Assembly: GCA_951406725.2 (NCBI GenBank)
Contig: OX597816.1
Span: forward strand, 133,238,001-133,302,000
Direction of reading: 5' to 3'
DNA length: 64,000 nt
Origin: Octopus vulgaris
Taxonomy: Eukaryota
Shown here: piece by piece, positions 13,001 to 26,611 of the stretch
Layout: the number at the start of each line of letters is the position of its first letter
Numbering within the stretch: the first letter of the stretch is position 1
Program-made: the position numbers and the translations under genes
The notes under the pieces: model-generated
What the model was told of the DNA's origin: nothing
The model's input: the letters and a program-made list of their open reading frames with translations, nothing else
Databases searched by the model: none

Positions 13001-14299
13001 TCTCTAATATAAATAAATATCTAAGTAACTAACTAATGAAATAAATACATAGATAAATAAATAAACAAGTGAAGTTTGGATGCAAAAACAGTAAAGCATT
13101 ATTTCTTTGTTCTCAACGTTCTAAACTTTTATCTAGTCTTTTGTCGACTTTGCCTTTCATATATTAATAAAAACATAATAAACCAGTTATTGTAGTTGTT
13201 GATTAGATCCAGTTTAGCTGAGATCGAAAAGAGCTATGATCAAATGTAATCCATTTGTGATAATCTCTGATTTTTTCAGGTATGCTGTACTGTGAACTAT
13301 ATTCCCAAGTGTTTCTATTTTTCAGATGGATCGATTGACCACGTTGAAGTTCCTTCAAATATCAGTTGTTATTGCAGCGATTGAGCACATCTATTATCAA
13401 AAGTATTCAATCGAGTTTTATTTTTGCTTTTGTTTTTATCACCAAGTGCAATAGAGCTAATACTATAATCATTCAACATGTTCTTCCTTTCTGAGGACTA
13501 TGGGCACAATTCAAAGGACATTTGATTTCTGGCTGTTTCTTGCTGGTAAAGTAACTACGTAGAACGTCCCCTCACTCATCTCATCAAGTATCCTAACTAT
13601 AGTTAGGACAGTGACTTGGCAGAATCATTACAGCATCGAAGAATTTTTGTTGCAGCTTCTTGCATTCTGAGTTCAAATCACCTCCGGATAAAATAAACTA
13701 CGAGTCACGTCCTGGAGTCGATATGATCAACTAGTCACTTCGGTGAAATTTGAGGTCTTGTGCCTATATAAGTACATTTTTCTTTTGATTCATTGCAGTC
13801 GACTAAAAGACCTCTAGAACAACTGTTCTTGTACCTAATGAAAAGAAACCAGCACAAAAAGACAAGTAACAGTCGCCTACTAAGGTGAGCTACTAGAATA
13901 TTATTACGCTGTTTACCAAGAAACGTCTAACCTTAGTCTAAAGTAAGCAAAACATTATTAAAGGGATTAATATCTAAGCTTCCACGTTCTGAGCTTATAC
14001 CTCGCCAGGGATTAACTTAGCCTCTTTATGAAGATAACGAGAAAGGAATGTATCAGTTACACCAGATCCATTGAACATACAAATTATAACAAAACCAAAC
14101 ATATGAAATAACAAAAAAACATTATACAAACTAAAGGCGCACCCTCACGTCTATGTAAGCGTGTATGTACGTATATGTGTATGTGTGTGTGTGCGTGTGG
14201 ATATATATATACTGTTTCGAATTTGTGTGAATGTGTATAAAATAATGTATCAGTTGAATAAAGTTATATATATATATATATAAATATACATCAATTTAA

Positions 14300-14910
14300 A
14301 AAAAACTAAAATAAGAGTATACAAATCTAGTATTATGAACACACTTTTGTACGGGGCAGGAGTATGGACTTCCAACTACAGACATATGAAGAAACTTAAG
14401 CCCTTTCACATGTGCTGTCTGTGCAATATCTGCATCATAAAATGGCAAGATAGGATATCAAATGTCAAAATTTTAGAAAAATGCGGTTATCTCCAGTATC
14501 AAAAGCATGTTATTGAAAGTTCAGTGCAATTGGGTAGGGCATGTACGAATGAAAGATTATCGCTTTCCAGAAATTCTTTTGTGTGGCCAACAAGCAGAGT
14601 GATACTGCGATTAAAGAAGATCCATCCTTAGGTATAAGAATAAGTTGATGCACTCAAGAAAACTACAGCTTAAATTGACTTCTTAGGAAAGTTATTGCCT
14701 AGATCGATCTGCGTGGCATAAAATGTATCATGATGCATCACAGGAATTCGAGTTGAAAAAAAAAAACAGAACAATAAAAGAGTTATAACCTGCAATCAAC
14801 AGACACACTTGTCCAATCTCAGGCAAAATCAAAGTCACCAGTGTCCTCAATATGACTTCATAGCAAACTCCAGACCTGGACTCAAATTACATTCATGCAT
14901 CTATCGCAAA
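14300..14910 (+). mobile_element. RTE-clade LINE 3' fragment (decayed)
   Basis: KIRVYKSSIMNTLLYGAGVWT...KKLKPFHMCCLCNICIIKWQDRISNVKILEK is typical of the RTE RT C-terminus; frameshifted. Confidence 0.85.
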
Positions 14911-14946
14911 TAAATAGTTTCTGTATATTCAATCCTCTTTTTTTCT

Positions 14947-15163
14947 TAAGGCGGCGAGCTGTCAGAAACGTGAGCACGCCGGGCGAAAGGCTTAGCAATA
15001 TTTTGTCTGTCTTCATGTTCTGAGTTCAAATTCCGCCGAGGTCAACTTTACCTTTCACCCTTTTCGGAACGATCAATTAAGTACCAGTTGCGTACTGCAG
15101 TCGATTTAATTGACCAGCCCCACTCCCCAAAAATTTCGGGCCTTGTGCCTAGAGTAGAAAAGA
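14947..15163 (+). mobile_element. tRNA-derived SINE, family A, full length
   Basis: Starts taaggcggcgagctg, has B-box gagttcaaattc, and is flanked by the direct repeat aatcctctttt (TSD-like). Confidence 0.9.
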
Positions 15164-15237
15164 ATCCTCTTTTGTTTTCTTTCTTTTAATCCTTTCCTTC
15201 AAACTCTCATACGTCGAAATAGACAGGAGTAACCATC

Positions 15238-15269
<32 letters not shown>

Positions 15270-15359
15270 GTTCATATGTATATATACAGACTCATACACA
15301 GACTCACACACACACATACATACATGTGCGTGTGTGTGTGTATGTGCACAGATATATAT

Positions 15360-15444
<85 letters not shown>

Positions 15445-15515
15445 TATGCTTGTGTGTGCGTGTGTATGTGAGGTGAGGTGACAAAAAGAATAGCAGTAAT
15501 GGCAAGAATACTCAC

Positions 15516-15758
15516 CGACCTCTCGGCTTCCCTAACCATGTTAGCATATATTTCCAAGTTTTGCCGTATCACACGTAATGCTTCGTATCTACTGATGTTT
15601 TGCACACGCGGGGGTTTGATCGGTATGTGCTCGTAAACGGCACCGCTATACGTATCGTACATATTGGCGTTGCGATCGTAGTCCGTATAGGCTGCTACAG
15701 TAGCAAAAAGCAATAGAAGGCTTCCAAACAGCCCCTTATTACCACCGAGTTCGACCAT
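15516..15758 (-). CDS. Vanin/biotinidase-like protein, exon 1 of 2 (signal peptide plus N-terminus)
   Basis: MVELGGNKGLFGSLLLLFATVAAY...YSGAVYEH...SRYEALRVIRQNLEIYANMVREAERS matches the vanin/biotinidase N-terminus (AAVYEH...SR.EAL....NL.IY). 243 nt = 81 codons, followed by donor |gtgagt at 15515. It joins in frame to exon 2, giving 552 aa. Confidence 0.92.
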
Positions 15759-15799
15759 TATTGCCAGATGAGCTCCGTCCGCACTGGGTGAGTTTTCGC

Positions 15800-15880
15800 A
15801 ACCGACTGAACGTATTTTTGTTCAACCGAGATCAGACTGAACACTTGAAACAATGACGTCCTTGTGCCACTATAGAAGCG
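15800..15880 (-). promoter_or_regulatory. Putative core promoter of the vanin-like gene
   Basis: Two TCAGTC initiator-like motifs on the minus strand (about 15840-15835 and 15809-15804), a non-canonical TATAG about 30-35 nt upstream of the first, and a CRE-like TGACGTC at 15854-15860. The sequence is CpG-richer and repeat-free just upstream of the ATG. Confidence 0.35.
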
Positions 15881-16149
15881 ATAAACTGTTACGTTTGTTT
15901 GGTGTGCATGTCAGAGACGGGGCTGTGTGCGATGTGAGTGTATTTAGGAGTGTCCGTTTAAGTGTGAGATGCGAAATGGAGGGAGAGTATATGCGTGCAT
16001 TTGCGAGAAAGAGAGAGAGGGAAGAGGGAGACCAAAGTGCAGAGAGGCATATGCTCACTTAATCTTCGTTGTTTAATGTTATATTAAATGAAAGTAGAGT
16101 ATTTTTAGATATATTTGAAAAAAACTATAAAGCGTGTATGTGTGTGTGC

Positions 16150-16210
16150 GAAAGAGAGAGAGAGGGGAGAGGGAGAGAGAGATAAAGAAAGAAAGAAAGA
16201 AAAAAGAAAA

Positions 16211-16302
<92 letters not shown>

Positions 16303-16303
16303 G

Positions 16304-16338
<35 letters not shown>

Positions 16339-16340
16339 CA
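16150..16340. repeat. (GA)n/(GAAA)n polypurine tract; (CAT)n at 16516-16560
   Basis: Directly visible, upstream of the vanin-like promoter. Confidence 0.95.
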
Positions 16341-16511
16341 GAGAGCTGGAGACAGAGGTGATAGAATAGTTCAAGTGAGTGAAAATAGTTTGAGAGCCGG
16401 AGATGCGGGGTAAAGAAAGGAAAATGAAAAATGTAAAAAAAAGTAACACCCTCAATATATCTCTCTCTGCTAATCGACTTTGACTTTCTCTTCCTATCCT
16501 CTTATCCTCCT

Positions 16512-16559
<48 letters not shown>

Positions 16560-16689
16560 TATCAGCAGCATCACCGCCACCACCACCATCATTACCATGC
16601 AAAATCACCATATTTCCACTACCATCAGTATTATCTTCGCTCTCATGTTTTTCAACATCGTTATCGTCGTCATCGCCGTAATCTTATAA

Positions 16690-17135
16690 TACTCGTTTGT
16701 TTATTTGCCATGGGGGTGATGCTTTAAGGGACATTTCATAAACAAATAACAAAAACAGTCCTGATTTCTTGGAACGATGAAGCAGTCCCAAACACCCCTC
16801 TAATCTTGATATCTCGCCATTGTTGTTCCTACTTGTCTTTGGCAAAAATATTTTTGTTGCTCATAATTTCTCTAATGTTTCAGGCATCTGTTCGCGAATG
16901 TTTGGAGTGTTCATTTGCCGTGACTTAGCACCATATACCAGAACGGATTTGACACTGATATTGAAAATTCTTAACTTAATTCGTTTTGACAGAGCCTTTA
17001 CTTTCCACATAGGCTTTAGAATATTAAAAACTTGTCTCGCTTTTCCAAATCTCGTTTTGACCATCTCCTTTGTACCACCAGTTGTTGACCATACGCTTCT
17101 TTGATATATGAACTGTTTCACTTCGTCCAACATGA
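16690..17135 (-). mobile_element. RTE-clade LINE fragment
   Basis: LDEVKQFIY...GGTKEMVKTRFGKARQVFNILKPMWKVKALSKRIKLRIFNISVKSVLVYGA. Confidence 0.85.
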
Positions 17136-17630
17136 GATTCTTCGACCATTATAGAATCAGAGTCATTGCTTCCAATTTTCATGATCTATACCTAACGTTA
17201 ACCCTTAGTTTCGGCTTCACTATTACTTCTGAATGTCTGTCTTTCTCTGCATGTCTTGAACATTCTGAGAAATCAAGTAAATGTTATTCGCTAAGTCTAG
17301 ACACTCAAGCGTATGCTCTCGGGTAAAGAAAGGTAGTGAGGCAATCCTCCTGAGGATTCGGGATGATTTATTTCATGTTGCTCCATTTCACTCACCTGTA
17401 GAAACGAGTTGCTACGTCACTGGTGCCAAGCTGTATCGGCCTTTGTCCTTCTCTTGGATAACTTTGATGGCGTGGAGAGTGGCTGGGGGCTGGTAAGCAT
17501 GGGCGACTGTTGGTTTTCCAGAAAACAATCTTGCTCAGACTTGTGCCTCGGCGGGGAACTTTCTAGGTGCAACCCCATGGTCATTCATGACCGAAGGGAG
17601 CCTTTACACTTTTACCCTTTTTACATAGAT

Positions 17631-17683
<53 letters not shown>

Positions 17684-18890
17684 CTAGCTTAAGGTGACCC
17701 GCTCTATGCGCGGGTAAGAGTGTGGTTGTTATTTTCTGTTGCATCCTTTCGGCACGTAAAAAGCACCATCCGAACGTGACCGATGGCAGCGCCGCCTTCA
17801 CTGGCTTCTGTGCCGGTGGCACGTAAAAAGCACCAACCGATCGTGGCCGCTGCAAGTGCCCCTCTCCCCGTGGCACCTGTGCCGGTGGCACGTAAAAAAC
17901 ACCCACTACACTCACGGAGTGGTTGGCGTTAGGAAGGGCATCCAGCTGTAGAAACACTGCCAGATCAGACTGGAGCCTGGTGCAGCCTCCTGGCTTCCCA
18001 GATCCCGGTCAAACCGTCCAACCCATGCTAGCACGGAAAACGGACGTTAAACGATGATGATGATGATAATGATTATCCCTCTTTGTTTCTCTCTCCTTTC
18101 TCTCTCCCTTTCCCACTCTCTCACTCTTCCTTTCTCTCGGACTCTCCCTCGCATTCTCTTACTCTCTATCTTTCTCTATCTATCTCTCTCCCATTTATAA
18201 ACAACAAAAGATCTTGAGTAAGTTGAGAAAGAAAGTAGTTTGAAAGAGCAATCATAAACATCAGGCAGGGACAACGGAAAGGTCTGCTTCAAGGCAGAAA
18301 GCAAAACACTAACATTTAAAAACGACAGACGAACTTGCGAGCTGAATAAAAATTAAAAAATATTGGAAACCAAAGTTTGAAAGGATAGAATCTGAGGATA
18401 GTAGTGTCACCATGGCTGGCATTTCTTAACGGCGGACAGTAACATAGTGGCCGTTTAACGGCTGGCGTAAAATTTTGAACTTGATGTAAAAGAAAATTCC
18501 TAAACACCAAGCTTTGAAGTGATTCTTTCTCACGACAGTAGACTCACCATGGCAAGCATTCAAAACTTCTTCATCATGGACGGCAACACATTGACGATTT
18601 AAAGGCTGGCGCAAATTTTTTAGCTTCATGTAACAGAGAATTCCTAAACACCCGCTCCTGTAAATTTTAATCCCCTTCCAGCCCCATTTAGACCTCTTTT
18701 CACATTTTGGTTAATATAACCCGATTTCATTCAGGTCTACTCAGGTGACATTTTATAAGATGAGGAATTTTGTCCTAGAGGTCACGCCTTTCATTTGAGG
18801 AAAAAATAGTTGCCATGCAAACTCGCCAGCACTTTTAACATAGGTGTGCATATTTTCAGCACAACAGACCACATAATGCACACATTATAT
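17684..18890 (-). mobile_element. Non-autonomous Helitron-like element carrying an inserted SINE
   Basis: Minus-strand 3' end acccgcgcatagagcgggt hairpin ...gCTAG|T at 17684. Internal ~120-bp degenerate direct repeats (18408-18508, 18545-18652). The 5' end is lost in (TA)n. Confidence 0.55.
17745..18070 (+). mobile_element. SINE fragment with three internal ggcacgtaaaaagcacc repeats and a (GAT)n tail
   Basis: 3' portion gttggcgttaggaagggcatccagctgtagaaac...cggacgttaaacgatgatgatg. Confidence 0.75.
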
Positions 18891-18925
18891 ATATATATAC
18901 ATATATATATATATAATGTGTGCAT

Positions 18926-18961
<36 letters not shown>

Positions 18962-18966
<5 letters not shown>

Positions 18967-19803
18967 CTTAGATAACTTAGATATGTTTCGACCAAAGATT
19001 GGTCCAGGCCATGTCTAACTTAATAGCACCACCTGATAGGATTATTCGAATCCTGTTTAAGTCAAGTTTTGTTTAAGTTAAGTTTTGTTCAAGTAGTGAG
19101 TTCTTGTTGGGTGAGTTGTATCCAATTATGGGTGGCTTATCTGGTATTCTTTGAAGGAATCTATCCAGAGTCCGTTTAAAGTTGATGGGATCCTTTTCCT
19201 CCTTGATCTCCCTCGGGACAATGTTAAATAGGGCAGGGCCTGTTGAGGAAAAGAAATTATGTTGCAGTGTACATATATGTTGTGATCTTGAATTGGGCAG
19301 GGGACGTATGGCCCGTGGTCCTAGTCTTGGATGAACCTTGAAGCTAATGTTAAGGTCGTTTGGGCAAAGTTGGCGGTATATTTCTCCACATCGTACAAAT
19401 GATGTACCGCTCACGGCGATGCTGGAGGGAGTAAAGTTTCAAGGCTTTAAGGCGATCCCAATAATCGAGAGCAGCCATGCCTTCAATTCGTTTAGTGAGT
19501 GCCCTCTGGGGTGACTCAATCCTGGAGATTTTTGTCTTGTATGGGGGTGACCACAGTGGGCACAGTATTCAAGGTGTGGCCGTACAAAGGAGGAGAAAAG
19601 TGGTATGATGACACCTTGTTCTCTGGACCGGAAAGTTCTTAAGATCCAGGAACTCATCCTACGAGCTATATCGACCTTCTTGTTGATGTGTGCACTCCAA
19701 CTGAGATCGTCATCAACAATTACACCCAGGTCTCGCATAGACGACTCGTCGGATTCAAATGGCCGAAGGTACATAACCTCTTTTCAACTGGAAGAAGGAA
19801 TAC

Positions 19804-19804
<1 letters not shown>
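18962..19804 (-). mobile_element. CR1/L2-group LINE, 5'-truncated, with intact 3' end
   Basis: [17 protein letters not shown]...LFSSFVRPHLEYC...NFFSSTGPALFNIVP...FKRTLDRFLQRIPDKP. 3' stem-loop gaccaatctttggtc and tandem tail (tatctaagt)2. Confidence 0.85.
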
Positions 19805-19863
<59 letters not shown>

Positions 19864-19892
19864 TGTGTATGTGTGTGTGTGTGTGTGTGTTT

Positions 19893-19962
<70 letters not shown>

Positions 19963-19974
19963 GTATGTGAAAGG

Positions 19975-20760
19975 TCTCCAAAGAATGTCTATACACATTG
20001 AATGATTATGAAATTTGTGTTTATTAACATATAGTTCATTTTGAAAGTTTCGTAGAATCTGCAGACAGAATTTAATTCTTTTAATGACGCCTTTTTCAAC
20101 CTGATGGCCATTCTAGTCCAGGCACTGCTGATAATGTGATGCAGTGGTACTGCAAACATCATAAAGCATTTCATTCGGTATTTGTGCCCATTCTTGTTCA
20201 ATGGCTGCTTTTAATTCGTCGATTGTTGCCAGTTTTGCACTGTAAATTTTATCTGCTGTCTACCCTCCCTTAAAAAGTTTTGTAGAATGGATTTTGTGAA
20301 TGCGGAGGGCCTTCTACTTAACCTCTTCATCCAGTTTACCTCTTTGACAAAGTCTCATGACGGTTGGGCGTCACATGACTATGGTAGTGTGGGGCGCACC
20401 ATCTCGCTAAAGTCCTAATGAATGCCTTACATGACAGATTGTCCCAAGTTCGAGTAAATGGGATCAGCCACAGGACTTGTCAAAAAAGAATAGCGCAATT
20501 ACACCTTTTGATGATAAACCGCACTATGCTGTAACTCCTTATAAATTAACGTAATGTTCTTCCGTAATATGCGAATTCTCAAAACCGCAGTAGATGCATC
20601 TGTGGCTGTTAATTGAGCCGTGAAATTTAAATAGAGCGTCATCACTCTAAACAATCTTTGTTATAAAGTGTGCATCTTGTACACATCTTGTCAAGAACCA
20701 TTCGCAAAATGTGGTAAAATTATTTTTGTAATTAATAAATTAACATAAATGTTTGTCACG
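19975..20760 (-). mobile_element. Decayed Tc1/mariner transposase fragment
   Basis: Minus-strand remnants (Q)RDGAPHTT and ATIDELKAAIEQEWAQIP. Confidence 0.65.
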
Positions 20761-21121
20761 TTATGTATTCTTGTTACAGTTCCTAGTGTTTTACTATATG
20801 TAAGTCTTAAATATTCGTAAGCTATAGAAAATACATTTACTTTCGACTCAAGCGAGCTGAACGAATGGTTGAAAACCATAGCAGGCCATCACTAAATTTG
20901 ATATAATTGTGATGTGGTCACTTAATATAAACGAAAATATAATCTTCTGAGTTAAAATATGATTAGGAAGTGGTAATGAGGATATATTTAAATATTTGCT
21001 TTCGTTGCAGTGACTGCTTGCATTTAAAAGAGTTTGCATCTGCTGTCTCATCGACGTTACCCAAATATCTCTGGAAAATACACTTGACTTCAAAGACTCG
21101 GTTACACTTCTACAAGAACCG

Positions 21122-21198
<77 letters not shown>
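21122..21198. repeat. (GTA)n microsatellite
   Basis: Directly visible. Confidence 0.95.
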
Positions 21199-21200
<2 letters not shown>

Positions 21201-21986
21201 GAGTGACTAACTAACGAGTATTTTATGTTATCAATGAGCAAAGTAACCTACTATAGACGTTCCAGCTGTGACCGTCCTATTTATGTATATCAAAGAACAC
21301 TACCGAATGTGTTCTTTCTTTCTAAACTTTTTAAGACAGAAGAGATATGATTTGAGGGCATCTAACTGATTACAGTTTCTAGTAGGGTGTGAGGACATTT
21401 AGCTAGCTACAAATTTATTTAAAAGCTCTAGAGGAATGTCATGAAAGACAAAATGAACAACCGCTAAAGTCAGTTATGGTGAACCTATGACCTAAGTATC
21501 AAAGGTATAGCTTTATTATGCTGCAGAAGATTATTCGATGACTCGCAATGGGCATTGAAAAGAATTATCGTACAATATCATGCTATAAAAAGCTTCTTTA
21601 TAAGTATTTTGCTAAAACTAAAACATATGTAAGTAGCACTTCAATAACAGGATTATAATAGAAATTAAATTATCGTTGTAGCGTGGTGGTGTCAGTCGAT
21701 CTTCTGAACGAACCAAGGAAACTACGTTTCTATTGGTTTCTCAGATTGCTGATATTATCTGTCAATTGCAGCTCCTGACAAAAGTGTTACGTTTTTTGAT
21801 GGCTGGGAGGGATTTTAAGTCAGAATACACAGAGTCGGAACACATTGTACAAGACATACCGTCCAACGCTCGAACTATTCCATTAATCTCAGGATTAGTA
21901 CATTTTTTTTACTATTGCGTGGTTGCGAATACAAATAATCCGAGTCGCCATATCTGGAAAACCTGACAGTAATAGCTAAATATGAA

Positions 21987-22415
21987 TAAGGCGGCGAGCT
22001 GGCAGAATCGTTAGCACGCCGGGCAAAATGCTTAGCAGTATTTCGTCTGTCTTTTCGTTCTGAGTTTAAATTCCACCGAGGTCGACTTTGCCTTTCATCC
22101 TTTAGGGGTCGATTAAAAAAGTACCAGTTACGCACTGGGGTCGATATAATCGACTTAATCCGTTTGTCTGACCTTGTTTGTCCCCTCTGTTTGTAGCTCC
22201 TTGTGGGCAGTAAAGAAATAAGAATCATTAGACGGGCAAAATGCTTAGCTGCATTCCGACCGTTTTTACGTTCTGAGTTCAAATTCGACCGAGGTTGAAT
22301 TTGCTTTTCACCCTTTCGGGGTCGATAAAGTAAGTACCAGCTAAGCACTGGGGTCGATGTAATTGATTTACCTCTCCTCAGAAATTGCTGGCTTTGTGCC
22401 AAAATTTGAAACCAA
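21987..22415 (+). mobile_element. Two adjacent family-A SINEs
   Basis: Two successive copies of the family core; this explains the 21875-22528 pseudo-ORF. Confidence 0.85.
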
Positions 22416-22485
22416 TAACTAAGTATGATTTTATGATAAATCGCACTATATCGCAATGTCGACGTAAAAGTCAGATCAAATAGAT

Positions 22486-24240
22486 CAGTAGTTCTTAACC
22501 TGGGTTCGATCGAACCCCAGGGTTTCATTAGTCAGTCTCAGAGGTTCAGCAGGGGTTAAGACACACAGTATAGACCAGCTCACACAAGCAATGTCGGGCC
22601 GTTTTTGTCGGCCGTCAAAAAATCGGCAATTTGGCAATATACAATTTTTCTTCGCCGAGTTAGATTCTTTTCTACTCTAGAAACAAGGCCCAAAATTTAG
22701 GAGGAGGGGGCCGGTCGATAAGATCGACCCCAGTACGCAACTGGTACTTACTTTATCGACCCCGGAAGGATAAAAGGCAAAGTCGACCTCGGTGGAATTT
22801 AAACTCAGAACGTAAAGACAGACGAAATACCTATTTCTTTACTATCCACAAGGGGCTAAACACAGAGAGGACAAACGGCTTAAGTCGATTATATCGACCC
22901 CAGTGCGCAACTGGTACTTATTTAATCGACCTCGAATGGATGAAAAGCAAAGTCGAGTTCGGCGGAATTTGAAAGCATTTCGCCTGCCGTGCTAACGTTT
23001 CTGCCAGCTCGCCGCCTTCTTCGCCGTGTTAGATTTCAAATATTTAGTTGCTTAGTAAAAATTTGATACACAAAATAAATTTCCGTGATAAACTAGTTTA
23101 TTAAAAGATGAATTACGATAACAATATAAAATTTGATTTCAAAATATTTATTTATAAATAAATAAAAAAAATTTAAAGCGTTTTGGACAAAGCAAATATC
23201 GGCCCTGCTTATGTGGGCTTGTACGTCCCGTTCAGCCCACTCGTATTATTCGTGACGTCAGGCTCCGCTTGGCCATCATTGGCTGCAGCTGATCACGCCA
23301 TATCGCTTGGCTTTAGTATCTGTGCTGCAGGGAACTTGGTGCGCTCAGTAGTCCACTTGTGGCTGTTGTGATTGTACGTCATTTGTGATTTTCTTGTAAT
23401 CTTTCAAACCCTTAATACTATGTCGATCAAAAAAAGAAAGAGGTTCGATGAATACGTACAATATGGATTCACATGTACAAAGTAACGTGATGGGAGTTAG
23501 CGTCCTCAGTGCATGATTTACAATGCCAAGTTGAGTAATTCTAGTCTAGCACCGGTAAAACTAAAGGATCACTTCCTAAAACTGCATGGAGATGAGAAAT
23601 ATAAGAACACAACGCTTGCTGAATTCAAGGTAAAGAGAGCCAAATTCGATGAAAAGGCTATTCTGCTTGTTCTTGACTTTGTACCCATCAACAAACTGAT
23701 CCCCACAGCATCGTACGAAGTTGCGTACCTGATCGCAAAGCAAGGCAAACTACATACTATTGGTGAAACACTTGTAAAACCAGCTGCGTTGAAGATGGCA
23801 AATATCATGCTGGGAAAAGCAGCTGAAGATAAGTTATCCCAAATTTCTCTTTCAAATGACACTATCAGCAGCAGAATATACGACTTGAGCAATGACATCT
23901 TGGCTCAAGTAGTTACAGTTCTGACTTCAAGCCCAGCAAAATTCAGCCTCCAACTCGATGAGACCGCCGACATTTTCAATCTAAGCTCGCTTGTATTCGG
24001 GTGCTATGTAAAGGGCGATGTGATAAAGGAAGATTTTTTTGGGGTTTTTTTTTGTAAGCGTCTAACAACAACCAAGGCAGCTGACGTGAAGAAACTCGTG
24101 GATGACTTCTTCAGAGACAACGGGCTTTCGTGGAATATGGCTTTTGCAGTTTGTTCGGACGGAGCTCCAGTCATGGCTGGGGCGAAACTCTGATTTTGGA
24201 GCACTGGTGAAATCCGAGGCACCACACATCATTTTCAATA
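22486..24240 (+). mobile_element. hAT (Buster/Charlie-type) DNA transposon, 5' part with decayed transposase
   Basis: 5' terminus cagtagttcttaacc. ORF 23513-24193 has KLSNSSLAPVKLKDH...ASYEVAYLIAKQGKLHTIGETLVKPA...LSNDTISSRI...FSLQLDETAD...VCSDGAPVMAG, with stops and frameshifts on both sides. Confidence 0.9.
22667..23016 (-). mobile_element. Composite family-A SINE inserted in the hAT element
   Basis: 19-bp TSD ttcttcgccg(a/t)gttagatt at 22648-22666 and 23017-23035. Confidence 0.9.
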
Positions 24241-25125
24241 CGAGAGTTGTCACTGAATTTTCTCAATTTATTATTCCAGTCATTTTCCTGCCTTCTTGCC
24301 ACTTCTCCCAATCAATATGAGAGAGAGTTCTTCGCTTTGAAGACACATTAACGTAGAAATATTTCAATAGAAGAGTATTTCGCTCAAGAAGTAACAAAAT
24401 ATTGAGGGAATCCAAAGAAATTATTCCCCAGCAGTTAAATACCGCACTCAAATAGAAAGACAGTATGTTATAGGGTGCTCTGAATTTGCGCAGTACGATG
24501 GAGGACTAAAGTGGTATAGTAACACTTCCAGGGTTACCCTAACTCCAAATATGTACCATTTGTGACGCTAGATTCCCAGGAGGCTGAGTATAAAAGCCAA
24601 GATTCCATGTGGATACACGCATAAATTCTCATTTATTAGCATAAACACACACACCCATATATAGACATATATGGATATGTATGTATGAATGTATGTATAC
24701 ACACACACTCACATACATGTGTGTGTATGTATGTAATGTATGTATACATACATACAGTGACCTTTATAAGTAAACACACACACACACACACATGTACATA
24801 AGGGAGTTTGGCTCAAAAATGATTGTGACTATGACTACAACTTGTTAATGAGCTGCAAAAAGAAACTGGCTTTTGTTTTTATCCCGGCTGGTGACAACGT
24901 TTATTACGAGAATAACAGTTCTTTCATTGGAGAGGATCTATCAATTAGTTTGCTTTCGTTTGCGTAACATGGAGTGGTTACGTAACATGGGGTGGTTCAA
25001 CATTTGATAAGACTGTTGATGTTAGCGGCGTTTTCTTAGATCTCATTTCAATTTTTGGGTTGTTAATGTGATTCTTTTCAAAATGCTTGGAAGTGTTAGG
25101 TATATAATTTTTTCTCCACCAATTG

Positions 25126-25157
<32 letters not shown>

Positions 25158-25166
25158 CATTTACAT

Positions 25167-25805
25167 ACAATGATTCAAATAAACAGATAAAAACCTTGGG
25201 TTTTAGTGTACAAAATATATATACATGTACATATACTATGTACATTAAAACCTAAGGTGTTTACCATAAATCCTCGAGTATAGTCCGCCCTTGAGTATAA
25301 TAACGCAGGGGATTTTTAGGGGGCTGTACCTCTGAAAAACCTAAACCTTGTGTATAATACACACCCCTTCTCTAACTTGAGTCGAGGTCTATATAACGTC
25401 CTTAGTTTGTAAAAATGTATACGGTAACGTCCTTTATTATCATTGTGTATATAACACAATTCAAACGTGTAGCTTTTTTGTGCATTTTGTTTGCAGAAAA
25501 TAAAGAAATAACAGTAATAACAGTAATAACGTTTAATAAATGTTGCTTACTGCATGTTATGGATGATTCTTTTATGTCTTCCTTGCTTTCAGGCTTAGCT
25601 TAAAGTATTTTCGCGCCCGACATCACAAAATGCGTCTGAATAAACATTGCCGGACAGCAAATAGAGACTCGGACAATGCTTAGAAAATAATTTTCACTTT
25701 TAACCTCTTATATAGTATGCACTAGGGATTTTGACCTTTAAATTTGGGGAAAAAAATTCGGATTATACTCGAGGATTTACGGTATCTGTTTATTTGAATC
25801 ATTGT
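25167..25805. repeat. Palindromic element whose right arm is split by the MITE
   Basis: Left arm acaatgattcaaataaacagataaaaaccttgggttttagtgtaca. Right arm tgtacattaaaacctaaggtgtt-ta-[MITE]-tctgtttatttgaatcattgt. Confidence 0.85.
25264..25782. mobile_element. MITE (Tc1/mariner/pogo-type, TA TSD)
   Basis: TIRs ccataaatcctcgagtatagtccg / cggattatactcgaggatttacgg, with TA on both sides. Confidence 0.9.
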
Positions 25806-25930
25806 CTCCATATCTGATCACTTGGTTTCTGCTTTTAGCCACTTTTTACTCTGCTAAATTGGTCCTCGGTAAAGATATCGGAGTGTAAGTTCAAATCATT
25901 TGAGCGCTACAAAGTGTAATCTGTTGATTC

Positions 25931-26610
<680 letters not shown>

Positions 26611-26611
26611 G

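Noticed and set aside
15207-15515. C-terminal part of the 183-aa ORF
   Set aside because: Read-through past the gtgagt donor into microsatellites.
17745-17910. CRISPR-like repeat-spacer pattern (ggcacgtaaaaagcacc x3)
   Set aside because: Eukaryotic SINE internal repeats with related spacers; no cas genes.
18975-19020. Stem-loop followed by GAAAC at the LINE 3' end resembling half a hammerhead
   Set aside because: No CUGANGA box; better explained as the LINE 3' recognition stem-loop.
23513-24193. Domesticated ZBED/SCAND-type host gene
   Set aside because: Flanked by stops and frameshifts and preceded by an hAT terminus; a transposon fossil.
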